Shown in pieces: positions 33,746 to 44,393 of a stretch of 64,000 bases of DNA; the stretch's first letter is position 1, and every line of letters begins with the position of its first letter. This stretch comes from Flectonema sp. DT1601 (taxonomy: Eukaryota). Location: assembly GCA_964019425.1 (NCBI GenBank), contig OZ025801.1, positions 434,001 to 498,000 on the forward strand. Reading direction: 5' to 3'. Under the pieces are notes generated by a model, which was not told the origin of the DNA, did not search any database, and worked only from the letters and a program-made list of their open reading frames with translations. A program made the position numbers and the translations under genes.

Positions 33746-34306
33746 CTACATTCTCCAGGCTTTCTTAATAGCAGCTGGAGTACTAGACCTTCGTTGAGTA
33801 AAGACAGAATGATACAACTGAGCACGCGGTTCATAAAGCCGATCCACCGTAGTGTACCAGTCTTCCCTATTCATGACTCTAGGTGAGCGAGATTTAGGAG
33901 GAGTTTGTTCTGGACTGTGTATGCTACTCATTGGTTGGTAGTACAGCCTATCTGCGAGGTCAAGTTGCTCTCCAACTGAAATTTTACTCTGGTGAATCGA
34001 TTCACGTTTTTGTTCTTCTTCCATCTTTTCAGCAGCATTGTCCTTCGCAGCTTGTTTAAAATCAGTTGCCTGGTAATACATTCTTTCTATGTTGTAGTGT
34101 TGTTGTTTTATGTTCATTTTCTTTCCCGGTTTGGGAGAGACATCTTGTTTTGAAGATGAATTTCTCAACGGATTATAATAAAGTCTTTCAGAGTTTTGAT
34201 GCATCTCTTCAACGGTCAGTTTCTTTCCGGATGTTAGTTTTTGACATTCACGTTCCCTCCTTCGTTCCTCCAACCTCTCTCTTGCGGAAGTAAACCTCCG
34301 AGACAT
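33746..34306 (-). CDS. Protein with four (E/D)R(L/M)Y repeats, possibly cytoskeletal
   Basis: 186-aa ORF with SERLYY, IERMYY, ADRLYY and VDRLYE spaced 33-47 aa apart. Confidence 0.75.
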   Translation of the reverse strand: MSRRFTSARERLEERRRERECQKLTSGKKLTVEEMHQNSERLYYNPLRNSSSKQDVSPKPGKKMNIKQQHYNIERMYYQATDFKQAAKDNAAEKMEEEQKRESIHQSKISVGEQLDLADRLYYQPMSSIHSPEQTPPKSRSPRVMNREDWYTTVDRLYEPRAQLYHSVFTQRRSSTPAAIKKAWRM

Positions 34307-34595
34307 TCTTAAAGCTTGTTCAAGTTGTGCGGTTGTAGTCAGCTGTTTGTTAATTTTATTTTATCACACAAATTTCTGAGACAACTTCAAACAACAACAC
34401 ATACCTTTTTAGGTGTTGTTTCGGTTGAGGCAAACGACTCCGGTTGGACAGGAGGGACATTCTTTTCTCTGTCATCTACTATACCTGTAGGGGCAAAGTG
34501 TACCGCAGCGCAACCTAATTTTTTTTTTTTTTTTTTTTCCCCTTTTCTTTTTTTTTGAATAATTTAAAATTATTGAACAACACACTAACACCTAT

Positions 34596-37500
34596 TTACA
34601 TACCATAAGGTGTTCCAGTCAATAGTTTGTATCGAGGAGGTTGATGTGAAGAGGAATCTGAACCACCTGCCCTAGCAGACGGAGATACTATAGTTGAATG
34701 AGGTGAGCTGTCACCTCTAACTGTTCCACCAACAACGATGAGTTGAAACAGAGAATTCTCTGATGAACTGTTAACGTAAGCCCGAGATGTCTTAAATTGA
34801 TCTTTTTCCCGCATATTTCTCAACCTCACTGGAGATCCTTGCACAGGGGCGGTCTCAGACTTTTGTTTTGATGTTTTCTTTTTACCTGTTTCAAGGGATT
34901 TCACTTCACGTGGCTTTACTTCAAAAGGCTTTCTCTTTGGTAATAAAACACATCCATGTCCACAACGAGATAATGATACCCCACCTTGGGTTGGTGCAGC
35001 CCAGCATTGAATCTTTCTCCAGAGAGAAGTTTTTAAGTGGAGTTGAAAAAGAGAATGCAGGTTTCCGCTATTTCCCCATCCTCCCACCACGAGGAGTGAG
35101 GATGATGATGGCTCATAAGAAGTAGTGTGACCGTATCTTCCTAAAGGTGTGGTACCATGTGTTTGAATAGGACACCATGTTTTAGTGAGAGGGTCAAACA
35201 TATGAACGTCACTCAAGGCGCTACTCGTAGAATCAATGTTTGTTGTTTTGTGTTCAGCTCCGGTTGAATGTTGTTTTCCTGAGACAAGGTTGTCATCATC
35301 ATCGTCGGAATCAAAACTGTTTTTATGATGACCTGAGTGTGATGTTTCCGAATCTCTCGGGGTGTTTGTATTTCCCATATATCCATCTGTTGCTCCACCA
35401 AATAAAATCATGACCTTAGTACTTAAACCAAACAAATCACCTGGAACTAAAGTCATACTGTGTTCACTTCTAGCTGTTGGTATTGGACCATTTTGTTTAA
35501 CTTTTTTCCAAGAAGTTTTTTCATTACTTGGTTGATCAAGTACTTTACGAAGGTTAAGATAGCACATGTCATTTCTTCTGTGTTCGATGACTTTGTATGT
35601 TTTCATATATGGGCGAGTGACACGGACTAAAACTTTCCAACCACCCCATACAATCATGTTATCATATAATTGATTCGCTGTGTGACCAGCTCTGAAATCT
35701 AGTGAGCTTCCAGTTGTTGGTATTTTACTCCATTTGTTAGAACAGATGTCGTATTTCCAAGTGCAAAGTTGATAGCCGTGGTGGTCGAGAACCTTTTCAT
35801 ACCCATCGGTATCAAGCGCCGAATGTTTTTCCATCATTCCCTTCAGACTTCTGTCAAAACCTCCGTATCCAAAACCTCCAAATAAAAATAAATTTTTTTT
35901 ATAAAAAACTACACTGTGACCATGTCTTAATGGTGCGGTTTCTCTACCAACCCCGACACCCAATGATTTCCAAGTACCAATAACAGTGTTGAGTTCAAGA
36001 ACAAATCTAGAATATGACTTTCCATCGAAGCCACCTATTAGGAATACTCCATGTTTCTTCGTATCAATTAACGAAGCACCTGTTAACATATGCATAGAAC
36101 TACTGTCTTTTAAATTAGCTATGTATGACACGCAGTATTCAGCAGTAGGATCCCTGTATAGTGTTTCCTTGCTGATACGCGGAGAGACATTGGTACTGGT
36201 ATTAGGTGAGCGCTGTGGTACTTCTTCAAGAGAGTGAAGATTCCATGATACGTGAACTGCGCCCAAAGAAGGGTTTCTCTGAATAATAAAATCGTCTTCC
36301 GACATTGGTGATCTCGACTTTAATGAAAGCCATTCGTTTCCGCTGTTTGAAAATCGTTTTCGAGTTTGTAATGTTGCCTCTCCTAAGAATGCTCCATCAC
36401 TGTTTCGTAGAACTATATTAATGGGTGATTGCAAAGTAGAATTACTAAACGTAAAACTATCATTCCACAAGGCGTTGTACGTCATTCTAGATGTTGCCAC
36501 AACATCTGAATTAGGTCCTGAAGTAATCGTAGCAAAACATCGTTCTGTTCCATCAGCTAGAGATTTTGCATATCCGATTTGAATAAGTTGCTGTTGCTCC
36601 ACTTCGCATCTAAGTCTGGCTGATTGATCGATGATGAGTGCACGGCAACTAGAAGTTGCTCCTTTAAGGATATGACCATCATTGAGGTCGAGAATATCAT
36701 CAGAGTCTGACATTAATTCACCTGAGACACCAACCAATCTCTCTTTACAGTTATTAATAATGTATTGTTGTCCTGTAAAAGGAACAGAGTCGCATTGTGG
36801 AACTCTCGATATGTCTTGCCACTTCCATCTCATCCTAACCGATCCAATTATACGACTTGTTGGTGATGGTGGTATTGAGTTTCTATTTAATAATCTTTTT
36901 AAGGGTTTTTTTAATATCATAATAGCAGTGCCAGATCCAGTCGATGATTCTGTCCCTGCGGCTAGTGATATCGTACCAGCAGCGACAGGTGTTTTTCCGC
37001 TGTAAATGACTGCATTGAGTATCGCATCTGAGGAGTAGAATGTCGTGAAATCCATCGGTTTTTGGTCTAAATCACAACTCTGAACCTCACCTGAAGGGAC
37101 AGTGCTACTAATTCCAGTGACAAATATCTTTGCTACCAGAGTACTGTATGGTTTACCATCATTGTCAACGTCAGGTACTTTCCAATCTAAAGGACAAATT
37201 AATAATCCCAAAGGATCTCGTTTTGTTACCGACCAACTAACTGATATTTCACCAAGTGAATTTCCGTTGAATCGCTGTCGACGTTCGTCAGCAGAGACGT
37301 CGCTACGTGGCATTACCAGATGTTTACTACTTCCGCTTTGATCGTGGTTTATAACAAATGTTGAATAACCAATGAAATCATCACCACAAGAGTCGAATAT
37401 TACGGCGAGATACCGTGATCCGGATGTGCTTGCATCAGGTACGTCCATTGAGGTATTCCAAGTTACGGTTTTTCCATCTTCAATTCCTGTTCTCATTCGA

Positions 37501-40500
37501 CCAATCTCAGATGGATCTCCCAGACCTCCCTCAACTACAGGCATTTCAAGATGTTCAGGTAGTGCATTCCTCGGAAAACTAATACCATTCTTACACTGGT
37601 ACACGACTGCGTATGGTTTACATTCATCACTAAAGTCACCTGAAGTAAGGTTATTAGCACCTTCTATTTTTAAGTAAACACTTTTTAAAGGAATTCTTGC
37701 AGCAGATGGTCTCTCTGAATACGGAGAATCAAATAAAACATCAACAGAACCTGCTGGAGATCCTCTTCGAGTGAGGTCAATCTTACGAGGTTGGTTACCA
37801 GCACCTAGAGGTACCTGAGCTGATGCATACTTTCCATTTTGGGTATGGACAGTTACAACTCCTGATAAGTCTGGTGCTGATTGTGGTTCAATGAGGAATT
37901 GACCTTGGGGTTGTAGAAATGTTGAACTTCCCTTAGACAACACTCCACGAGTTGTCGTGAATTTTTCACCACCTGCCTCAACAGTAACCCAAACAGGATC
38001 ATGGTTAGAGGCTCTGATTCCATCAATACGTGAAACATATACGTGAGCACAAAGAGGACGTCCTGAACTCTTAATTTTCGTTGGGATAGCTGTTTCCTTA
38101 GTCACTACACAAGTAGCAGATATCGTTCCGAATGAACCATGTTTGTTTAGTAGTATGAGATCTGATTTATTTCCTATCCTGGGTCGGAGTACTTCATCCT
38201 GAAGTTTTATGGTTGAACCTTCAGAGACAGAGAATTGAACTTGGCCTAAAAAACCATCACCGCCGGAGTCTGTTAAAAGCGGATCGTTAACAAGTTGTAA
38301 TACTATATCACTCTGAACATACTGCAAGGGAATATCTACGTCAAAATTCCATGATGGTGATAGAGAGTTTGCAGGTCCAGAACGAGCCACTTCCACATCA
38401 TTTACTAAACATCTAACTAGTGCCCTGCACGTTCTACTTCCAAAACTTGCTGGCGCCAATCCAGTGGCGCTTTCCACAAATAAATTTAAGAGAAGCTGAT
38501 TTGCTGATTTTTCGCTTTTTTGTTCATTTAGTAAGAGTTCCTTTTCCTTTCCATTAGCGATAACAGTGTAGGATAGAGATACTGATCCAAGACCATGTTC
38601 AGATTCGTTCCATCGGGAATCATGATCAGCAATGGGTAAGAACGGTACGACAACATCAAGTTTGTTTGGAGAACTTACGTTAAATTCTGCAAAACCAACA
38701 CAACTGTTGTTGTGAAAGTACTCAATGCTGCACAAAGCAGGGAGTTCATTGACTGAGAAGACAACGTCACTCAAATAAAAAGGATTTTGTGTTCCAGAAA
38801 CTTCTGGTAGTGATTTTAGACTTTCTCCACATCGTATTTTTATTGTGATAGGAGACTTGGCGACTAACCATCGACATCTGTTTATAAAGAGTCGTACTGT
38901 GTGTGGTTCAACTAACCGTTGTCTTGTAATCTCTTTAGTAGCTAGTAGTAGTAATTCACCCAGAACTAGTTCTTTGTTGCTGGCACGGACGTCACTGTTA
39001 TGAATCTGAATCCACATCTTTCCGTCAGTTGATTGCTCTACTTGTTTTGGTATAACTGCTGCTAATCCATTAAGGTATTTATCTCCTTTAAGTTGTATTG
39101 TGAATGAACCGTTAGGATCAGTGCTTACTTCTCTTTGTAAGCGCCAAAGAGCTCGTCTATTTGTAGGAAGGCGAACACTATGATCAGTATTGTTAACAAC
39201 AACTGAGAGGTTTTTGTCTCGGATGTCCGTAAAGAACTTCGCCTCGTGGATTTCAAACTTCCAGATATTTTCTTTCGGTCGTTGACTTTCAATGTTTTGT
39301 TGTATTTTAGCTCGTCTTGCTGCTGCTTCTTCCCTGGCCAGCTTTGCTTTAGATTCCTCTTCTTGTTCCTTTGCAGCCTGTCGAAGCTCTTCTCGTACCT
39401 GTTCCTTCTGCCTTGCCATTGCTTCTTGCGATTCTTTTAACTTAGCTGCTTGAAGCTCGTCTTGAATCCTTTTTTCTAGTTGTTGTTTTGCTTCGAACTC
39501 TTCTTTGAGTTGATCAGGTTGGTCTTGACTCGCCACTACTTCGTGTTTTTCCTTCACTGTTACACTTGGTGGTTGCCAGCTGTTGTGGGAGCTCAATACA
39601 GCTGCTTGCGGTCTTGCCGCAGCTTCGTACTGTTGCTGAAGTTTTGGTGATACTTCCTGAACTGGTTGATTTAATACAGAATGTTTTTGATGGGAAGCCC
39701 CCTCCTCTGGTTTAGTTGGTTGCTGTTGGTCATCTACGACCTTCTTCTCAGGTTCGTTGACTTGTTGTTGTTGTTGTTCTTCAACACTTGTTAGAGATTG
39801 TGGTTTACTCTGAGGACTTATTTCACGTTCTTCTCTTGCCGTGGACTTCTGTTCCTCATCTGTCAGGGGATCTTCTTGGGACATCTCGTCTGCCTCCTGT
39901 TTGACTATTGCCTCCTGTTTGACTATTGCCTCCTGTTTGACTATTGCCTCCTGTTTGACTGCTGCCTCCTGTTTGACTGCTGCCTCCTGTTTGACTGCTG
40001 CCTCCTGTTTGACTGCTGCCTCCTGTTTGGCCGCTGCCTCCTGTTTGACTATTGCCTCCTGTTTGACTATTGCCTCTTGTTCTTCCTTCAGCCTCGCAGA
40101 TTTCTGCAACTCGAATTGTTTTTCCGCTGCAATCGCCTGCGCGTCGATCTCCGCCTGCCGCTTGGCTGCCTTTTCAATTTCTTCTTTTTTCAGTTTAGCT
40201 GTGCGTTCCCTTTCGACGCGTTTTGCTTCCTCATTGGCCTCCTCATCATCCTGTTCTCTGCGGAGGGCTGCAAGTTTTTCTTCTTCGTCTGCAAGCTTGC
40301 GTTCAATGTCGACTTTTTTTTGACGTTCCTCCTCGAGCTGCTGCTGTTTGCTGACTGATGGTAACTCGGTAGAATCGAGAGGAGGAGACGGTGGTGGTGA
40401 GGCGACTTTTTGAGGAAGTATACCTTCAGGCTCTTCAACAGTCCGGTCATCCGTCTGTGGAGCCATTGAAACCTGTTTAGAAGGTTTAGGAGATGATGTA

Positions 40501-40955
40501 GAAGTTTGATTATTGATATCAGCGGCAGTGGCTATTTGACGAAGTGGAAATGAGTACATCTGCTCTTCGTCGGGGAGGTCTTCAAAGTCTTTATCACCAC
40601 TACAGAGTAATGTGTTACTATTTGAGTCGAAGACCTCTAACCTCATGTAGTGGTACATCATGTCAGATAAGCTGAACGTTGCTGGTTCGTAAACAGATGC
40701 CCCGTCTTCGAACAGAACAGAAGGAGTTTCTTGTAATTCTTCACCATCATCATTATTTGTTATTAAATCTTCATCTCCATAGTTTATTTTAATTTGTAAG
40801 TTTAATCCATCGAAGTCTTCCGAAGGTCCTTCAAACTTAACTATTTTTATTTCTAATCTCATATCCCCTTCATTCTTCTTCCAACACAATACTACCCGAC
40901 AGGGACTGCTTTCATCATCTGATATAAAGTCGAAATTATCATCGCTATCCGACAT
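34596..40955 (-). CDS. 2119-aa protein: N-terminal C2-like domain, coiled coil with QEAxVK repeats, several C2-like domains, C-terminal Kelch repeats
   Basis: Uninterrupted ORF. C2-type motifs VESATGL..SLSPSWN..DGFLGQV and IEGANNL..KPYAVV..DDFIG. Kelch motifs RHGHS..FLFGG, RAGHTA..VWGG, ARSEHSM..LFGG and RYGHTT..VVGG. Confidence 0.88.
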   Translation of the reverse strand: MSDSDDNFDFISDDESSPCRVVLCWKKNEGDMRLEIKIVKFEGPSEDFDGLNLQIKINYGDEDLITNNDDGEELQETPSVLFEDGASVYEPATFSLSDMMYHYMRLEVFDSNSNTLLCSGDKDFEDLPDEEQMYSFPLRQIATAADINNQTSTSSPKPSKQVSMAPQTDDRTVEEPEGILPQKVASPPPSPPLDSTELPSVSKQQQLEEERQKKVDIERKLADEEEKLAALRREQDDEEANEEAKRVERERTAKLKKEEIEKAAKRQAEIDAQAIAAEKQFELQKSARLKEEQEAIVKQEAIVKQEAAAKQEAAVKQEAAVKQEAAVKQEAAVKQEAIVKQEAIVKQEAIVKQEADEMSQEDPLTDEEQKSTAREEREISPQSKPQSLTSVEEQQQQQVNEPEKKVVDDQQQPTKPEEGASHQKHSVLNQPVQEVSPKLQQQYEAAARPQAAVLSSHNSWQPPSVTVKEKHEVVASQDQPDQLKEEFEAKQQLEKRIQDELQAAKLKESQEAMARQKEQVREELRQAAKEQEEESKAKLAREEAAARRAKIQQNIESQRPKENIWKFEIHEAKFFTDIRDKNLSVVVNNTDHSVRLPTNRRALWRLQREVSTDPNGSFTIQLKGDKYLNGLAAVIPKQVEQSTDGKMWIQIHNSDVRASNKELVLGELLLLATKEITRQRLVEPHTVRLFINRCRWLVAKSPITIKIRCGESLKSLPEVSGTQNPFYLSDVVFSVNELPALCSIEYFHNNSCVGFAEFNVSSPNKLDVVVPFLPIADHDSRWNESEHGLGSVSLSYTVIANGKEKELLLNEQKSEKSANQLLLNLFVESATGLAPASFGSRTCRALVRCLVNDVEVARSGPANSLSPSWNFDVDIPLQYVQSDIVLQLVNDPLLTDSGGDGFLGQVQFSVSEGSTIKLQDEVLRPRIGNKSDLILLNKHGSFGTISATCVVTKETAIPTKIKSSGRPLCAHVYVSRIDGIRASNHDPVWVTVEAGGEKFTTTRGVLSKGSSTFLQPQGQFLIEPQSAPDLSGVVTVHTQNGKYASAQVPLGAGNQPRKIDLTRRGSPAGSVDVLFDSPYSERPSAARIPLKSVYLKIEGANNLTSGDFSDECKPYAVVYQCKNGISFPRNALPEHLEMPVVEGGLGDPSEIGRMRTGIEDGKTVTWNTSMDVPDASTSGSRYLAVIFDSCGDDFIGYSTFVINHDQSGSSKHLVMPRSDVSADERRQRFNGNSLGEISVSWSVTKRDPLGLLICPLDWKVPDVDNDGKPYSTLVAKIFVTGISSTVPSGEVQSCDLDQKPMDFTTFYSSDAILNAVIYSGKTPVAAGTISLAAGTESSTGSGTAIMILKKPLKRLLNRNSIPPSPTSRIIGSVRMRWKWQDISRVPQCDSVPFTGQQYIINNCKERLVGVSGELMSDSDDILDLNDGHILKGATSSCRALIIDQSARLRCEVEQQQLIQIGYAKSLADGTERCFATITSGPNSDVVATSRMTYNALWNDSFTFSNSTLQSPINIVLRNSDGAFLGEATLQTRKRFSNSGNEWLSLKSRSPMSEDDFIIQRNPSLGAVHVSWNLHSLEEVPQRSPNTSTNVSPRISKETLYRDPTAEYCVSYIANLKDSSSMHMLTGASLIDTKKHGVFLIGGFDGKSYSRFVLELNTVIGTWKSLGVGVGRETAPLRHGHSVVFYKKNLFLFGGFGYGGFDRSLKGMMEKHSALDTDGYEKVLDHHGYQLCTWKYDICSNKWSKIPTTGSSLDFRAGHTANQLYDNMIVWGGWKVLVRVTRPYMKTYKVIEHRRNDMCYLNLRKVLDQPSNEKTSWKKVKQNGPIPTARSEHSMTLVPGDLFGLSTKVMILFGGATDGYMGNTNTPRDSETSHSGHHKNSFDSDDDDDNLVSGKQHSTGAEHKTTNIDSTSSALSDVHMFDPLTKTWCPIQTHGTTPLGRYGHTTSYEPSSSSLLVVGGWGNSGNLHSLFQLHLKTSLWRKIQCWAAPTQGGVSLSRCGHGCVLLPKRKPFEVKPREVKSLETGKKKTSKQKSETAPVQGSPVRLRNMREKDQFKTSRAYVNSSSENSLFQLIVVGGTVRGDSSPHSTIVSPSARAGGSDSSSHQPPRYKLLTGTPYGM
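39891..40081. repeat. Coding 18-bp minisatellite, about 10.5 units (QEA[A/I][V/A]K)
   Basis: tgcctcctgtttgact(at/gc) repeated in tandem. Confidence 0.97.
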
Positions 40956-41199
40956 GTGAGTTTACTTTTGAATAAATAATAGTAATAAGTGATTAACAAC
41001 AATTAAATAAATGTACCGAACGGTCAAGTCTTGTTGAGGGATTTAAGGCATAGCTATACTACCTTCTTTTTTATTTTTTCTGTTTTATCTTGGTTAAGAA
41101 TAACCTGAGATAAGACCACCCAACACAATAACTAAATAGGCTAAATAGTGGCATCAAGAAAAAAGAGAGATTTTTTATATTTTTTTCGATAGTGAAAAG

Positions 41200-41661
41200 T
41201 TAAAGATTACTCAGTGCAAAACATGAAATGAAACTGTTATTTAGCTTCTTAACTTCGAAAGAATACATTTCTTCTTGATCACGTAAATCTTCAAAGTCTT
41301 TATCACCACTGCAGAGAAGTGTTTTTGTTTCTTTACCATAAACTTCTATTCTCATATAATGGTTTAGTTCATCACTAAAACAGAACTGCGCTGGCTCATA
41401 GACAGCAGCACCACCTCTGAATGCAACTATTGGGGTTTCACTGAGCTGAACCCCTGCAGCTGTTGTCAATACTGATTTCTGAGAACCGTAAAATACCCTA
41501 ATCCATATGCTGAGACCATCAAATACCGCTGGACCTGAAAAATTCACAACTTGTAAGTGGAGTTGTTTTGAGGCTTTGTTTCTTTTCCAACTTATTGTCA
41601 CACTACAGGGATTCTTTTCTTCATCTGTTCCAAAAAAATCATGGTCTTGGTCTGACATCAA
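41200..41661 (-). CDS. Stand-alone paralogue of the N-terminal C2-like domain of the downstream 2119-aa protein
   Basis: Shares PC.V...WK.N, F.GP..FDGL, L.ETP, GA.VYEPA.F, HYMR.EV and TLLCSGDKDFEDL..E.MYSF with residues ~1-140 of 34596-40955. Confidence 0.85.
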   Translation of the reverse strand: MMSDQDHDFFGTDEEKNPCSVTISWKRNKASKQLHLQVVNFSGPAVFDGLSIWIRVFYGSQKSVLTTAAGVQLSETPIVAFRGGAAVYEPAQFCFSDELNHYMRIEVYGKETKTLLCSGDKDFEDLRDQEEMYSFEVKKLNNSFISCFALSNL

Positions 41662-42288
41662 TTAATTGCTACATATCACTGAAAGGAACTGTAAATATTA
41701 AAAAAAAATAATTAGAGCAATGAAAATACAACATTAATACGTATTAGCGAATGTTCTTCATTAAAATGAATGAGAAAGTCACTCGATATTGTATTGAAAA
41801 TTGGATGAAAAAACTTGTTGAAACGGGGTAAGGTTTTCAATCTGACCTCTCCGACCACGTCGGTACAAAAAAAAAAAAAAAAAAAAAAATGTGAATCGAT
41901 AATCGTTTGATGCACATAGAAACTTAATATTTTGGAGATTTTTTGTTTTTAAATCTACACAAAAATACTTAAAGAAAAAGAAGACAGCAAGGATGTGCTC
42001 GACCCGTTCAGCGCGGGTCTGGTTAAGATCAATTATCAACGTCAGGGAAAGCCGAACTCCAGAAAATGATGACTGAAGAAATAGCCTCCCAGACCCACTG
42101 CATGCTACAAGGACGGATGCAGACATCGATAAAAGAAAATTGGGAAATAATTTAAAATAACAGAACAAAAAAAATATGGTATTGAGAAGTGTAATAAAGA
42201 ATAATCTAAACACAATACACTACTTTTGTTTGCACATTTTGAACGACAACATCACTCGGAGACCACAATAACAAACCAACAGAATTAA

Positions 42289-42694
42289 TTATTTGACAAG
42301 CTGCATCAATTTATTTGTATCAGCTCCTCGAACTTCCTGTTGCTTTGATCCGTTTCTGTTTTGAGGGGTGTTGAAGGGTGTTAGTACACAGAATGACAAA
42401 CAAAAAAAAAAAGTCAAATCCATACCGATAAAGAGCAAACGTAGGCAACGCTTCTACTCCACACGCATCTGCGTACTTTGACGCAGCCACAACATCAACT
42501 GTAAAGAAGACGGTTTTTGAATTCCCCTCAGCAATCTGTTTATACTTTTCTTTGATCGCTTCACAGGGAGATGCCCAACTGGCGCTGTAATTTATAATTA
42601 TTTGATTGCTAGTTGAGTTTATAAATTTCTGTAAACGAGTGACCTCTTCGGGTTTTGATATTTGGATCACTCTTCCAGTAGACCAGGTGGCCAT
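42289..42694 (-). CDS. Atypical thioredoxin-fold protein (WASPC), 111 aa; exons 42426-42694 and 42289-42355
   Basis: IIINYSASWASPC, FFTVDV and GVEALPTF. Intron 42356-42425 (GTATGG..TACTAAC..AAAACAG) restores the Trx C-terminus RNGSKQQEVRGAD. Confidence 0.88.
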
Positions 42695-42745
42695 ATTGCT
42701 ACTTGTGTAGAACTGATGAACAAAAATAACATAAGAACCGCAAAG

Positions 42746-42833
42746 TAAAGAGCAAATGTAGGCAACGCTGCCACTCACAACGTCAACTGTGAAGAAGACC
42801 AGGTAGCCATATTGCTGCTTGTGAAGAACTGAT
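42746..42833 (-). pseudogene. Collapsed mini-copy of the thioredoxin gene (5'UTR and start plus two internal fragments)
   Basis: Three colinear blocks match 42680-42717, 42485-42511 and 42429-42452. Confidence 0.8.
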
Positions 42834-42967
42834 ATACAAAAAAAAGAAAAATGTAAGCACCCCGATTGAATTGAAATCCTCACAAAATGTAAATGCGTTC
42901 TTTTAAAAAAACAAATTAAATAATTTACGTTAATATGTAAAAAAAGATTCTTCATTAATTATAGTTA

Positions 42968-42999
<32 letters not shown>

Positions 43000-43400
43000 A
43001 TTTCAAAAAAGAAACAATAGTCGCACTAGTCTTTTTATTAATTAATTAATTTGTCATGAGGATTTTCTTTGCTCTCCCATTTTCAAACAAACGAACAGAC
43101 TCGCTAACCGTAGTGTACACTGCAGAAGACAACAAGTCGTTAATATTTTTAATATTAATTGCGATATAAAACATAACTAAGAATACATTGTATTCCAGTT
43201 TTAATTATCAGAAGGTGGACAGGTGGACCCGTTATAAAAGCGAGTTATCTTCCCAACAAAAAAAAAAAAAAAAAAAAAAAAAAAGAAACTTACCAGTTTT
43301 TATCACAGATAAAACTCCAGGGGGCAGCGATAAAGAAATAAAAAGAACTATAATATATAGCAGGTGTATTCTTAAATTTAAAAAAAAAGAAACCAACAAT

Positions 43401-44393
43401 CTAATTTCTAGGTGAAACGGGATCGGCCGTAAACAACGTAGTTCCATTAGAAGCGTGATAGTGAATGACAGTTGTCGATTCCGTAACTACAAACGATGTG
43501 AATCCACCATCAGTGCCGTATGTATTGCTGCTGTCCATGTGGAATTTAGTTATCCCAGTTGGGATTACTGACGCGTGTTTTGGAGCATAACAACACTCTT
43601 TACCAGCTCCTGATAATACAAATGCTAAGTTATTTTGTTCAAAGTGACCAAGACAGTGATCGTGTCCCGCTAAGAATCCACTCGCTTTGTACTTCAACAG
43701 GAGTGGAAGTACTTCTTGAATCAACTGTTCAGTAGGTCCGTGAGAACATTGAGAGTAAATTGGGTAATGACCAGCAACCCACAAATAGTCAGCAGTAGAG
43801 GCAGCCATCTGCTGCTCCAGCCACTGCAATTGAGTTCCTGCCAACTCAACGTGCTCTGGTGCCGGTCCAGTTGGTTTAACAAAAACGTTCTTCTCTTCAT
43901 CATGGTAACTCATACCAGAGAACACAACAGTGTCGATGTAAATCACTTGAGTAGTGACGTTCTTACCAGAACTACTTACAAAGGATTCACTAAATGTATA
44001 AAAAAGTGATGGAAAGTTCCATCTCTTCGATAACTGAGAGTAGGCAATCTGAGCAGTGACGTTACCCTCGTGATCGTGATTACCAGCAACAACGTACCAT
44101 GGAACTTGAAGAGAAGGATGTGTGAAAACATCTTCAAAAGTCGTATTAAATCTTGTACAGTGATCGTCACCACTGATGCCCGCAGAATAAAAATTATCTC
44201 CAAGAGCGAGAACAAATTTTGTATCCCCGTGTTGTTGCGCAACTGCTCCCATTCCTTTGTTGTTGTCGACTTCTCCAGGAGCTGTTGGGTCAGTGTTAGA
44301 AGTACCTCCCCAGTCACCAATCGCAAGAAAACTCATCGAGTCTGCTGCCGACACCGAGGCGACGGTAGCAACTAGTGCTGCAACACGAGTCAT
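43401..44393 (-). CDS. Tartrate-resistant/purple acid phosphatase (ACP5-like), secreted; copy 1
   Basis: Signal peptide MTRVAALVATVASVSA; metal ligand motifs GDWG, GDNFY, GNHD, GHYP and GHDH. The ATG at 44393 follows a T-rich CAACAG acceptor. Confidence 0.95.
   Translation of the reverse strand: MTRVAALVATVASVSAADSMSFLAIGDWGGTSNTDPTAPGEVDNNKGMGAVAQQHGDTKFVLALGDNFYSAGISGDDHCTRFNTTFEDVFTHPSLQVPWYVVAGNHDHEGNVTAQIAYSQLSKRWNFPSLFYTFSESFVSSSGKNVTTQVIYIDTVVFSGMSYHDEEKNVFVKPTGPAPEHVELAGTQLQWLEQQMAASTADYLWVAGHYPIYSQCSHGPTEQLIQEVLPLLLKYKASGFLAGHDHCLGHFEQNNLAFVLSGAGKECCYAPKHASVIPTGITKFHMDSSNTYGTDGGFTSFVVTESTTVIHYHASNGTTLFTADPVSPRN

Noticed and set aside
39891..40081. Regular short repeats resembling a CRISPR array
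   Set aside because: Head-to-tail 18-bp coding minisatellite with no spacers, in a eukaryotic context.
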